64,000 nt of DNA from an archaeon (GCA_018670085.1 JABHRS010000035.1:70189-134188); one strand, 5' to 3'; counted from the first letter of the stretch, positions 1-8,710 are shown. Notes: generated from the letters alone by a model not told the origin. Numbers and translations: made by a program.

Positions 1-773
1 AAAACTGATGGATGAAAACGCCGAAGTGGATCATGCCATTCCACAAATTGAGTATAAAAAAATGATTTTAAGACATACCAAATAGTTCCAAACATTAATT
101 CAAAACGTAATTTACGTGGAAGTCCAGCAACTGAGAACTCTCTTGGGAGCAAACGTTCTAAAACAGGATATCTCTCTTTATATTCCATATAAAACTCATA
201 CAAAGCATTATGTCCCCAAGGAATCATCAAAAAAGGTTCAGGAAAATGAATGTTTCCTGGATGTACAAATTTTTCTGGATGTACTTTGAAATAATAATCC
301 ATTTGTGATCCATGTTCTACAAACAGCAAATTATCTCTAAATTCAAATCCTGGATATAAAATTCTAGTTTGAAGTGATAAATCATTACCTGCAATTGCCT
401 TTGTGATTGCTTTTTGAACTAAAGGAAAAAACAGATCATAATCATGATTACCATAAATAAAAATCACTCGGTTATCAGGACGGAGTTTTAGGAAAAGAGT
501 AATTATCTTAAAAAATTTAGGATGTGCTTTTTTAATTAATCCAAATTTTTCAACAGATCTCTTCTCTGTAAAGTGTCTTGGATAACTACCATCCTTTAAA
601 GGACATTTAATGAAATCAAAAGTGTCGCCATTAAAAATCAGATCACAAGGATTTTTTTTAGCATCATCAAATATTCCCTTTAATGTATCACAGAATAAAC
701 CTTCTTCAAGAAAGTCATCACTACGATTCCCCCCTCCAAGTTCAGTATCTGAAAACAATAAACTAAGTCTCAT
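1..773 (-). CDS. Metallophosphoesterase (calcineurin-like), partial; the C-terminus lies beyond the left window edge
   Basis: Absent from the ORF track because it runs off the edge. Hand translation of the minus strand from the ATG at 773 gives MRLSLLFSDTELGGGNRSDDFLEEGLFCDTLKGIFDDAKKNPCDLIFNGDTFDFIKCP. Further on it gives PDNRVIFIYGNHD. These are the GD and GNHD motifs of metallophosphoesterases. The stretches I hand-translated (773-641, 479-441, 119-3) contain no stop and the frame runs open into the left edge; the intervening parts were not checked codon by codon. Confidence 0.7.
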   Translation of the reverse strand, partial: MRLSLLFSDTELGGGNRSDDFLEEGLFCDTLKGIFDDAKKNPCDLIFNGDTFDFIKCPLKDGSYPRHFTEKRSVEKFGLIKKAHPKFFKIITLFLKLRPDNRVIFIYGNHDYDLFFPLVQKAITKAIAGNDLSLQTRILYPGFEFRDNLLFVEHGSQMDYYFKVHPEKFVHPGNIHFPEPFLMIPWGHNALYEFYMEYKERYPVLERLLPREFSVAGLPRKLRFELMFGTIWYVLKSFFYTQFVEWHDPLRRFHPSV

Positions 774-907
774 AATAAGAAGAACATTTTAGTGCTTTTT
801 AATAATTTTGATTTTTTACTAAGATTAAATCATAAGACCCATTAATAAATAATTCAAATTTTCACAAGAAAGCTTTTTAAAGTACTTCTAACGATGAGTA
901 CTTTAGA

Positions 908-1045
908 ATGGTTAAACGAAGAGCGAAATTTGTAAAAGGTTGGGGAGTTATCCCAGAAAATGGTGGAAAATTTGTCAAAGACACTGAAGCCATCAGAAAA
1001 CAAAAAGAAAAATATACTCAAAATGCTGCAGCAGCAACTGAGTAA
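908..1045 (+). CDS. Possible small basic protein (45 aa), unknown function
   Basis: Below the track size cutoff. Hand translation gives MVKRRAKFVKGWGVIPENGGKFVKDTEAIRKQKEKYTQNAAAATE followed by a stop. The composition looks more protein-like than the listed 78-aa antisense ORF (854..1090), which is Phe/Ser/Cys-rich junk. A hairpin plus T-run follows downstream. Confidence 0.3.
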   Translation: MVKRRAKFVKGWGVIPENGGKFVKDTEAIRKQKEKYTQNAAAATE

Positions 1046-1076
1046 ATTCTTTAAAATAAAATAAATAAAAAAATGC

Positions 1077-1100
1077 CTAGAAATTATCAATAATTTCTGG
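1077..1100 (+). terminator. Inverted repeat between convergent genes, followed by a T-rich run (1121-1140)
   Basis: AGAAATTAT..ATAATTTCT is a perfect 9-nt inverted repeat, extendable by flanking pairs. It lies between the small + ORF and the stop of the minus-strand DUF1761 gene. tttttttccttctttttttt follows. Confidence 0.3.
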
Positions 1101-1155
1101 CACCACTTATGTGGAAATAATTTTTTTCCTTCTTTTTTTTACACACAGATTAACA

Positions 1156-1575
1156 TTAGCCCATAAGCTGTAGAGCAATTGCCATTACAGCTAGAGCAAC
1201 CAAACTATGTAATGTGTTCAAGAAGAATAGTTCAAATGATTTCCCTTCCCAAAGTACAGAGCCAATTTGTGTTGTTGCGATCATTCCAAGCCATAGTAAA
1301 AACACCACAACCAATGCTGCAGGGATACTAGCTGCACCAGAATATGCTAAAAAAATACTCAAAACACATGCCATAACTAATTGTGACACAAAGCCTGTGA
1401 CCATTTGTTTTGCCATTCCCTTCTCTTTGGATTCTTTCATCTTCTTCTTACTAATTCCAGCAAGCGCCATCCATTTATTTCCAAAGACATTTGGTGAATA
1501 CCAAATCATTCCAACAAGCATTGCAGCAATTGCAGCAACCAATACTCCCAAAAAATTTATTCCATAAAATCCCAT
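1156..1575 (-). CDS. DUF1761-family integral membrane protein
   Basis: The protein has four hydrophobic segments and the N-terminal pattern MIWYSPNVFGNKW typical of DUF1761. I place the start at the ATG (MGFYG...) six nt after GAGGTGA rather than at the track GTG at 1584. Confidence 0.65.
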   Translation of the reverse strand: MGFYGINFLGVLVAAIAAMLVGMIWYSPNVFGNKWMALAGISKKKMKESKEKGMAKQMVTGFVSQLVMACVLSIFLAYSGAASIPAALVVVFLLWLGMIATTQIGSVLWEGKSFELFFLNTLHSLVALAVMAIALQLMG

Positions 1576-1770
1576 ATATATCACCTCAATGAATATTTAT
1601 AATATTAGAAAATAGAATGAGGATATAAATTCTTTGAATTTCATAATATACTCAAAGTAAATTTTATATACTAAAAGTAATATGTAATCCAAAGTACCTG
1701 AACAAATAAAAACTATCAAAAAAATCAAAAGAGTTAGGTAAGAGAAAAAATTTTTGGAGATGAGAAAAAC

Positions 1771-2499
1771 ATGGAAGGAACAATTAAGTGGTATAACCCA
1801 AAGAATGGCTATGGTTTCATAGCAGGTGAAGATGGAGAAGATTATTTTGTCCATTTTACAGCAGTCCCACAAGGGATTAAAATTTATCCTGATGATCAAG
1901 TATCATTTGAAGCTGTTGAAACTGATAAAGGTAAACAGGCTCAAAATGTCCAAAAAATTGGCGAAGCAGTACCTAAAACAGATTCTGAAGAAAGCACTGA
2001 ACCTGTACAGGCAGCGGAAAATACTGAAGCTGAACCAGCAACAGAAAATAATTCTGAATCAAGTTCTGAAGAACCAGTAACTGAGGAAACTACAACAGAA
2101 GAACCAGAAACTGAGGAAGCTACAACAGAAGAACCAGAAACTGAGGAAGCTACAACAGAAGAACCAGAAACTGAGGAAGCTACAACAGAAGAACCAGTAA
2201 CTGAGGAAACTACAACAGAAGAACCAGAAACTGAAGAAACTACAACAGAAGAACCAGAAACTGAGGAAGCTACAACAGAAGAACCAGTAACTGAAGAAAC
2301 TACAACAGAAGAACCAGTAACCGAGGAACCTGCAGCAGAACCAGAATCTCCAGAAGAGGAAAAGCAAATTGAAGAAGACGTGGATGCCGCAACTGAAGAA
2401 GCAATCAATGCCGAAGAAAAAACTGAAGATCCTGCTCCAGTTGAAACTCCAGCGCCTTCAGACACAGATAATTCAACAACTGAAGAAAAACAGGAATGA
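1771..2499 (+). CDS. Cold-shock domain protein with a long acidic T/E/P repeat tail
   Basis: The N-terminus GTIKWYNPKNGYGFIAGEDGEDYFVHFTAV carries the CspA-type RNP1/RNP2 pattern (KGYGFI, VFVHF). About 170 aa of TEEPETEEATTEEPETEE repeats follow. GGAG lies upstream of the ATG. Confidence 0.9.
   Translation: MEGTIKWYNPKNGYGFIAGEDGEDYFVHFTAVPQGIKIYPDDQVSFEAVETDKGKQAQNVQKIGEAVPKTDSEESTEPVQAAENTEAEPATENNSESSSEEPVTEETTTEEPETEEATTEEPETEEATTEEPETEEATTEEPVTEETTTEEPETEETTTEEPETEEATTEEPVTEETTTEEPVTEEPAAEPESPEEEKQIEEDVDAATEEAINAEEKTEDPAPVETPAPSDTDNSTTEEKQE
2071..2340 (+). repeat. Nine tandem copies of a 30-bp in-frame coding repeat (gaaccagaaactgaggaagctacaacagaa and variants)
   Basis: The 30-nt period is directly visible, with point variants (cagaaa/cagtaa, gaagc/gaaac). 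It encodes EPETEEATTE-type decapeptides inside the CSD gene. Confidence 0.95.
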
Positions 2500-2621
2500 A
2501 ATTTTTTTTATTTTCCTTTTTTTTATCAAAAAACAATCATTTTAAACATAAGATATATAATAAAAACAGATTCTAAAGAATTTAATCATAATAAACTAAT
2601 AAAAATATTGGGGAACAAAAA

Positions 2622-3047
2622 ATGGCAATAGAAAACGGAAAGAGAGTAAAAGTAGAATACACAGGAACTTTAGACGATGGAACAGTATTTGATTCATCTG
2701 AAGGAAAAGCACCATTAGAATTTACTGTTGGTGAAGGAAAAGTTATCAAAGGTTTTGATGACGCTGTAAAAGAGATGTCTCTTGATGAAGAAAAAGAAAT
2801 CAAGATTCCAAGCGCTGAAGCTTATGGAGATATCAAAGCAGAACTTGTTAAAAAAGTTCCACGTGATCAACTTCCAAAAGAACAAGAACCACAAGTTGGA
2901 ATGATTCTTGGTGTTGGTATGCCAAATGGTCAACAAATTCCAGCAAGAATTACTGAAGTAGCTGACAACGAAGTTACAATTGACTTGAACCACCCATTAG
3001 CTGGTAAAAATTTAAATTTCAAGTTAAAAGTAGTTGGTGTTGAATAA
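2622..3047 (+). CDS. FKBP-type peptidyl-prolyl cis-trans isomerase (SlyD-like short archaeal type)
   Basis: KVEYTGTLDDGTVFDSS...PLEFTVGEGKVIKGFDDAV...AEAYG, followed by an insert-in-flap segment and HPLAGKNLNFKLKVVGV. This is the classic SlyD/FKBP17 pattern. Confidence 0.9.
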   Translation: MAIENGKRVKVEYTGTLDDGTVFDSSEGKAPLEFTVGEGKVIKGFDDAVKEMSLDEEKEIKIPSAEAYGDIKAELVKKVPRDQLPKEQEPQVGMILGVGMPNGQQIPARITEVADNEVTIDLNHPLAGKNLNFKLKVVGVE

Positions 3048-3068
3048 ATTTCACAAACCAAAATACTA

Positions 3069-3192
3069 ACGCGTAGGTCCACTTGCCGGACTCTATAAAA
3101 AATCAGACAACTTCAACTAGCATTTTTGTTTTCACCAGAAAATAAAAATACCCGCGTAGTTGAATGAAGTAGCCCGGCCTGACCACCGCCAC
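3069..3192. ncRNA. Candidate structured RNA (unclassified): two GC-rich islands in an AT-rich intergenic spacer
   Basis: The islands are acgcgtaggtccacttgccggactc (about 60% GC) and cccgcgtagttgaatgaagtagcccggcctgaccaccgcc (about 65% GC), in a genome of roughly 33% GC. GGTC/GACC, GCCGG/CCGGC and GCG/CGC can pair the two islands around an insert of about 85 nt. Both islands share CGCGTAG. I found no cloverleaf on either strand. Confidence 0.25.
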
Positions 3193-3225
3193 AGTATTTG
3201 AGATTAATTTTTTTCTTTTACTTTT

Positions 3226-4341
3226 TTAACTTTCTAAATAATCAAAAATCACAGTGTATACAACACCGCTAGTTTCGCTGCTCCAATCTCCATAATACAA
3301 TCTCAAAGTTCCATCCTCATTTTCGATAGCTTCAACATCAGCACCATGAATTCCAATGTATCCTTCTTTTTCCCAACTTACACCATCAGAACTTGTTGCC
3401 AAAAAGATTTCTGAATGAGAATTATAAAACATCACATATTGCCCTTGTGCTTCCCAATACAAAACTTTTGGTTTTAAAATTTGAAAAATATCCTCAACCT
3501 TAGTTGCCTTAGCTTCCAAATCACTATAAACAATTGTAGCAGTAGATTCACGCTCCCAAACTAATCCATCTTCAGAATAAGCTGACCAAATTTCTCCGCT
3601 ACCAACTTCTTCATTAGCACTTGACTCTTCATCAAAATACATTTGATACCCAGTATCAATTTCAATAACTGAAGCTGAGATAATACTGTAACCATCTCGT
3701 GCACTAACAGCCAAGCCTTCATAGTCTGCATCAACTCCGTTAACAATTAACGAACTGTCTAAATCTCCAAACTCACTTTCACTATTCTGGTCAGCATCAT
3801 TTGGATGCCATCCATGAAATACTCTCACAACATCTCCAAAGTTAAATGCTCTTGGCGCACCAACCCCAAACGCTTTGCTCTCTGACATTAATTCCCAGTT
3901 CAATGCATCAGTTGAACTATATGCATAACTTCCTCTTGTAACATCTAACATAGAATCAATTGAATCATCAAAATGATGCAAATACATTAGCCAAGTTCCA
4001 TCTTCCAATTTCACAATAGTAGGGTCTGCGAATCCGCCAGTGTAAAGTAACTCAGCTTCAGAAATAGAATATTTTTGTTCTGAACTTTCTTCAAATTGAA
4101 TTTGATTATATTCGTCTGGGTTGTTATTACTAGAATCAACCATTACTCCCATACCTTGAATGTCAGCGTTCGGGTCAAATGCATCAAGTGGTTCTTCGCC
4201 AATATTTGGATTATTATATTCAGGGACTTCTTGCATATCCTCGTTAACAATTTCAGCTTTCTCTTCAATTATTTCTACTTCAGAACAAGCAGTTAACATT
4301 AATAATAATGACAATAATACCAGTATAATTTTCCATCCCAT
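3226..4341 (-). CDS. Secreted lipoprotein-like beta-propeller protein with BNR/Asp-box repeats (glycosidase-like fold)
   Basis: There is a signal peptide with an LTAC lipobox-like site. Asp-box-like motifs are SEDGLVWERE and SSDGVSWEKE. Repeated blade-like segments include DPTIVKLEDGTWLMY. The function is not assignable. Confidence 0.6.
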   Translation of the reverse strand: MGWKIILVLLSLLLMLTACSEVEIIEEKAEIVNEDMQEVPEYNNPNIGEEPLDAFDPNADIQGMGVMVDSSNNNPDEYNQIQFEESSEQKYSISEAELLYTGGFADPTIVKLEDGTWLMYLHHFDDSIDSMLDVTRGSYAYSSTDALNWELMSESKAFGVGAPRAFNFGDVVRVFHGWHPNDADQNSESEFGDLDSSLIVNGVDADYEGLAVSARDGYSIISASVIEIDTGYQMYFDEESSANEEVGSGEIWSAYSEDGLVWERESTATIVYSDLEAKATKVEDIFQILKPKVLYWEAQGQYVMFYNSHSEIFLATSSDGVSWEKEGYIGIHGADVEAIENEDGTLRLYYGDWSSETSGVVYTVIFDYLES

Positions 4342-4457
4342 AAAATGAGTAAATATTTTTGCTATAAAAAACTACTGGAATAATCATTTAAAGAAAAAAG
4401 AAAAAAATTACAACCTAAAACAAAGCATTAAATAGCCCAAAACTTTCTTTTCTTTTT

Positions 4458-4793
4458 ATGACAAAAGGAAACATTCATCACCACCTTCGAAAAAGGATTC
4501 TAAAAAACAAAGAAACTTTTCCGCACAAGAATAAATACAAACGTTTTCTTGATCACATTATTTACGCAATTGGTGTCGCTGGACCAATTTTTACTTTACC
4601 CCAACTTTACAAAGTTTGGATTGAACAAAATGTTGCTGGTGTTTCTTTACTCTCATGGGGAGGATTTCTAATAATCGCAATAGTTTGGTTACTGTATGGA
4701 ATCGCACACAAAGAATGGCCAATTATTGTAACTTATTCAGCTTGGATTGCAGTCGAATTCCCATTAGTTGTTGGGATATTAGTGTTTGGTTAA
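4458..4793 (+). CDS. Small 3-TM membrane protein, PQ-loop/SemiSWEET-like
   Basis: A basic N-terminus is followed by three hydrophobic helices, with a PQLYK motif at the end of TM1. Size and topology match SemiSWEET/PQ-loop proteins. Confidence 0.5.
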   Translation: MTKGNIHHHLRKRILKNKETFPHKNKYKRFLDHIIYAIGVAGPIFTLPQLYKVWIEQNVAGVSLLSWGGFLIIAIVWLLYGIAHKEWPIIVTYSAWIAVEFPLVVGILVFG

Positions 4794-4859
4794 ATTCTAT
4801 TAATGGTAAACAAGCTCACCACTAATCATTAAATTACTAAGAACTGATCAATAAATTCA

Positions 4860-5069
4860 ATGACTAAAATCAAAAAAGAAGATGTATACATCAACTTATT
4901 CATGGGTACTTCATATCAACTCCAAGATCCACAAACTGTTGGTGAGTTACGAAGTCAATTGGAGCAAATTATTCAAGACCTTCCACATGATAACAAAGCA
5001 AAAATTTCTGAAGTTTATCTAAAAGACAACAAGTTAGTGTACACTCTAAAAGATGGAATTATCGAATAG
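4860..5069 (+). CDS. Hypothetical protein (69 aa)
   Basis: An ATG-initiated ORF with ordinary composition in a gap with no competing ORF. Confidence 0.45.
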   Translation: MTKIKKEDVYINLFMGTSYQLQDPQTVGELRSQLEQIIQDLPHDNKAKISEVYLKDNKLVYTLKDGIIE

Positions 5070-5086
5070 AACAGATATCTTATTAA

Positions 5087-5719
5087 ATGGGCCCCTGCAT
5101 TTTAAGATACGTGACACAAGAACTATTAGAAACATTATGTGCTGAAGTTGATTACCAAATTTTCAAAGAGAATGAGTATTCAACTAATAAAATTCTAAAC
5201 AAACATCAAATTCCTAAATCAGATCCAGATAGAAACAATCTTGAGACATTTGTAAACGAATATGCTGCCCTCATTCAACAGTATAATAGTCAAAAGAAAA
5301 AACTTAACAGGCCACAAGATTTAGATTTAAACCTTGGTCGTATTGCTTGGAATAGTGTGTTTGGTTCTATGTTAGGTGGAATGTTAGTTAAAGATGCTTA
5401 TGCAGCAGCAGTAGGCGCATTAGCTGCTTTTGCAATCACAACATACAATGAAGCAAGTTCAACAAATATGAATTTAACACCAGTTTTCTGGGGTGCACTT
5501 GTAGGTGGCACAGTTGGAGGAATATTTGATTACAACAACACAGAAATGGATATAGGAACTTATGTTGGGGCAGGTATTGGCACTGCCTTAGTACTAGCAG
5601 ATCAGTTTAAGAAAAGATCAAACAAAAAACCACAGCTAAGCCTTACTGAAGTAAGTCAAAATTACAATACTCAAAAAGAAAATCTAATCAAATTAACAGC
5701 AGGCATTATGAATCAATGA
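5087..5719 (+). CDS. Hypothetical membrane protein with a glycine-zipper C-terminal half
   Basis: The C-terminus has GxxxG-rich hydrophobic segments (GSMLGGMLV, GALVGGTVGGI, GAGIGTALV). The ATG is embedded in the repeated motif TTAAATGGGCCCC. Confidence 0.55.
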   Translation: MGPCILRYVTQELLETLCAEVDYQIFKENEYSTNKILNKHQIPKSDPDRNNLETFVNEYAALIQQYNSQKKKLNRPQDLDLNLGRIAWNSVFGSMLGGMLVKDAYAAAVGALAAFAITTYNEASSTNMNLTPVFWGALVGGTVGGIFDYNNTEMDIGTYVGAGIGTALVLADQFKKRSNKKPQLSLTEVSQNYNTQKENLIKLTAGIMNQ

Positions 5720-5827
5720 TTATTTTGAGCATTTTCTGTTTAAAGCCCACAATTTCTCAATAAAAAAGTTATTGTGACCAGAAGGACCATCAAAAGCTAA
5801 GAGTTTTTGTTACCGGAAGGTTCTTAA

Positions 5828-6199
5828 ATGGGCCCCCACATTTCTATATACATGGTAGTCCTCTTAAAAAAAAAGTGTAATCGATGTCGAAAAAATTATG
5901 TCAAATGCAGCAAACGCCAAGGTTACATCCTATGTTATCCTTGTCAAAAACCACAATTAGATGTGGAAATTGAAGACAAAACAATGAAAAAACTTTTTGA
6001 TATCCCAGAGGAATTTTACAAAGAAAATAGCTTTTTATGTGAATTGAAGAGCAAATATATCAGGTTCGGTTCCCTTTCAGAAAAGCAAATTGCAGTTTTT
6101 GAAAAAATCGTTGGTGAACTCAAAGAAGAGATGGGCGAAGAAACAGAAAAGAAAGAAATCAATGTCCAAGATATTGAATTAAGTGACCGAGCTTACTAA
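5828..6199 (+). CDS. Hypothetical Cys-rich (zinc-ribbon-like) protein
   Basis: CNRC...C...CYPC within the first 40 aa. The ATG lies in the second copy of TTAAATGGGCCCC. An alternative ATG at 5842 (MVVLLKKK) is possible. Confidence 0.5.
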   Translation: MGPHISIYMVVLLKKKCNRCRKNYVKCSKRQGYILCYPCQKPQLDVEIEDKTMKKLFDIPEEFYKENSFLCELKSKYIRFGSLSEKQIAVFEKIVGELKEEMGEETEKKEINVQDIELSDRAY

Positions 6200-6205
6200 A
6201 AAATT

Positions 6206-6227
6206 TTATTATTATTATTATTATTAT
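6206..6227. repeat. (TTA)7 microsatellite
   Basis: Seven perfect tta units lie immediately after the stop of the 5828..6199 gene. Confidence 0.95.
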
Positions 6228-6304
6228 CAGCTAAACTATCAAATTCAAAAATAAAAATATCAACAACAGATCACAAGACCGTTGAGATAACAGGTTAAAC
6301 AAAT

Positions 6305-7948
6305 ATGGAAAATAAAATATATAAAAGTAAAAGTAGTTCTAGTAACAAAAAAACAAGCAGCAAAAACAAAACCCAAGTTAGGGTTCATAAAATTATTGCA
6401 GATTCTGGTCTATGTTCAAGGCGTAATGCTGAAACACTAATCACATCAGGCCGAGTAAAAGTTAATGGTGAATACGTTGAGATTGGTCAAAGTGCAAATC
6501 CAAAAACTGATAAAATCACAGTTGACGATCAACCACTAGAACAACAAAAAAAGCGTTATATTATGATGCATAAACCATTTTCATATCACACAACTACTAA
6601 AGATCCTTACACTCAAAACACAGTTATTTCAATTCTAGAAAAAGCAGGCATTAAAGAGCGACTCTACCCGGTTGGACGTTTAGATAAAAATGCTAGTGGG
6701 TTATTACTTTTAACAAACGATGGTGATTGGGCAAATAATGTCATTCATCCAAGTGTCGGTTTTGAGAAAGAATATCATGCTAAAACTAACAAAGCTTTAA
6801 GCACTGATCAAATGAATAAAATCAAAAAAGGGATTATGCTTGATGACGGTCCAGTACAAGCTAGAATAAAACCAGTATCTAGAGGATTTTATTCTTTAAC
6901 ATTAAAGGCTGGACGACATAAAATTGTAAAACGTATTTTCAAATATTTTGATGTACATGTTACTGGATTAAAACGAGTAAGAATTGGTCCATACAAACTT
7001 GGTACATTAAAAATTGGTGATATTAAAGAGATTAAACCCGCAACAATTAACCAAACAGTTGATGGAACAAAACACAATCATAAAACTCACTTCTCAGACA
7101 TTAAAAACAGATTCAAAAGAGAAAAAGACAGATTAAAGACCAGAGAAATGGATCGAATTGTTAAAAAACCAAAAAGAGCACATCTGAATAAAGTTTCTCC
7201 AAAAATCGATCGTGACTATACCAAAAGAAGACGTGACCGTGAACGGGGAGTTACAACTGCAAGAGAACCAAGAGCACCTAGACATTCAAGAGGAGCAAGG
7301 TTCGAAAGTGAAAACAAAGAGTATACAACCAGAGATAAACGTTACAGTGTTGAACCTACAAGAGCACCAAGAGAAAGAAGACCTGCAAGAGGGTTCAAAG
7401 CTTTCAATAAGGACAGCCACAGTTCTACAAGCCCAAGACGTGCAGCAGGTTCAGTTAGAGACCAATTAAATGATTTTAAGAAAAGTTTTGGTAGATCCGA
7501 TAGATCTCCAACTAGAAGAAACAGTCCATCTCATGGTTTCAACCGTTCAGATGATCGTCCAGCATATAGTAGAGATCGTCAATCAAGGGGTTTCAGCAGA
7601 GATTCTCCTGCAAGATCTTCAAGAAGAAGTAATGATTCGCCAAGAAAATCATATTCCAATAGAGGATCAAGTTCTAGTGGATTCACTCCATTCGATAAAA
7701 ATAAACCAATTAAGAGTGCTGACTTTCGTGAATCTAAAAGAGACAATAGTGACAGGGTTCCAAGGAAAAAACGTGCTCCAGTTGATCGTGTTTATGACCA
7801 AGAACCTTCAGGGCATTCTAAAGATCCAAAAAGACTTCATGTAGCAAAAGCTTCCAAACCATTTGATTTGAAGAAAATGCTAAGAAAAGTTGGTAAGAAG
7901 AAAGATCCGATGAAGGCTAAGAAAGGCGCGAAGAAGCGTTGGGCTTGA
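6305..7948 (+). CDS. Pseudouridine synthase, RsuA/RluB family, with a roughly 300-aa Arg/Ser/Lys-rich tail
   Basis: An S4 domain (RVHKIIADSGLCSRRNAETLITSGRVKVNG) is followed by the catalytic motif GRLDKNASGLLLLTNDG. Residues from about 250 to 547 are RS/RD/K low complexity. Confidence 0.9.
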   Translation: MENKIYKSKSSSSNKKTSSKNKTQVRVHKIIADSGLCSRRNAETLITSGRVKVNGEYVEIGQSANPKTDKITVDDQPLEQQKKRYIMMHKPFSYHTTTKDPYTQNTVISILEKAGIKERLYPVGRLDKNASGLLLLTNDGDWANNVIHPSVGFEKEYHAKTNKALSTDQMNKIKKGIMLDDGPVQARIKPVSRGFYSLTLKAGRHKIVKRIFKYFDVHVTGLKRVRIGPYKLGTLKIGDIKEIKPATINQTVDGTKHNHKTHFSDIKNRFKREKDRLKTREMDRIVKKPKRAHLNKVSPKIDRDYTKRRRDRERGVTTAREPRAPRHSRGARFESENKEYTTRDKRYSVEPTRAPRERRPARGFKAFNKDSHSSTSPRRAAGSVRDQLNDFKKSFGRSDRSPTRRNSPSHGFNRSDDRPAYSRDRQSRGFSRDSPARSSRRSNDSPRKSYSNRGSSSSGFTPFDKNKPIKSADFRESKRDNSDRVPRKKRAPVDRVYDQEPSGHSKDPKRLHVAKASKPFDLKKMLRKVGKKKDPMKAKKGAKKRWA

Positions 7949-7949
7949 T

Positions 7950-8585
7950 TCAATTATCTGAATCAACATTGCCCCAATCAAACGAGTCCCAATAAAAATC
8001 AGGCATTTTATCTACAAATTCCCTGACCATTTCAATCTTATTTGGTCCAGATTCATTTGCAATCTCTAAGATATGTTCATATCTTTTTTGATTCATTCGT
8101 AGACCATCCTTCTGCATTTCATCACTTGAAGCAACAGACCTAGGTAATCTTCGTTCTTCAAAATACCTTAGCATAGTTTGCAAAGTTTCCTCTTTACTTG
8201 AAACAAAATAATCAACTGTCCCATCAGGCATATCAAGTCGCTGCTGACTTTCATACAAATTTGTAGCAATTGTAAAAACTTCACTTTGCAAATCTACTAG
8301 AAAAACATAAACTGGATCATTAAGTGGTATTGCTTGCAAAGGCCTATGTTTATGGCCTATATTATCCAAAATCCTACAATATGCTGGAACTTTCTCGCCC
8401 CTATCTTTCATTCCCTCATACTTACGTTGTCCATCTAAAGGAAAAAAATCCCCAAGTCCAATATCAGTTAAATCCAAAACATCAGGACAATCATCTGAAA
8501 GTCTCATAATATATTCTGTTCTTTTATCATCGAATTTGTTATAAAGTTCTTCCTTTCTTCTAGTAGTTGGTGTTACATCATCCAT
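7950..8585 (-). CDS. Hypothetical protein (211 aa)
   Basis: A long ATG ORF with ordinary soluble-protein composition. I recognise no motif. Confidence 0.6.
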   Translation of the reverse strand: MDDVTPTTRRKEELYNKFDDKRTEYIMRLSDDCPDVLDLTDIGLGDFFPLDGQRKYEGMKDRGEKVPAYCRILDNIGHKHRPLQAIPLNDPVYVFLVDLQSEVFTIATNLYESQQRLDMPDGTVDYFVSSKEETLQTMLRYFEERRLPRSVASSDEMQKDGLRMNQKRYEHILEIANESGPNKIEMVREFVDKMPDFYWDSFDWGNVDSDN

Positions 8586-8710
8586 CTAAAAATAAGCAGA
8601 ATTGTTTTATATAAGTATTTCTAAGCTTAAAAATAAGATTAAGTGAATAATCCTCCTAAAAGTTTATAACTAGGGGTTTCGTCAAGATACTGACACACAG
8701 CTTAACTAAC

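Noticed and set aside
610-1090. Track ORFs 610..792 (+) and 854..1090 (-)
   Set aside because: The first is antisense to the metallophosphoesterase, which has clear GD/GNHD motifs. The second is Phe/Ser/Cys-rich and is opposite a more plausible small + ORF.
1214-1567. The 117-aa + ORF
   Set aside because: It is antisense to the DUF1761 membrane protein gene, which has coherent TM helices and an SD-ATG.
2071-2340. A regular 30-bp repeat array that superficially resembles a CRISPR locus
   Set aside because: The units are directly adjacent with no spacers. They are in frame inside the cold-shock-domain ORF and encode an acidic peptide repeat. No cas genes are present.
1941-2465. The 174-aa and 102-aa minus-strand ORFs (and the 84-aa + ORF at 1826..2080) overlapping the CSD gene
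   Set aside because: They are antisense or alternative-frame readings of the repeat (poly-Ser/Val and Phe/Cys/Trp junk). The CSD frame has a recognisable domain and an SD motif.
3069-3192. Calling the GC-rich islands a tRNA gene
   Set aside because: I tried to build a 7-bp acceptor stem, D arm and T arm on both strands, and found no consistent cloverleaf or GTTCRA-like T-loop. The region is kept only as an unclassified candidate RNA.
7212-7844. Two ORFs (85 and 124 aa) in another + frame inside the pseudouridine synthase gene
   Set aside because: They are alternative-frame products of the low-complexity tail. The main frame is continuous from the catalytic domain to 7948.
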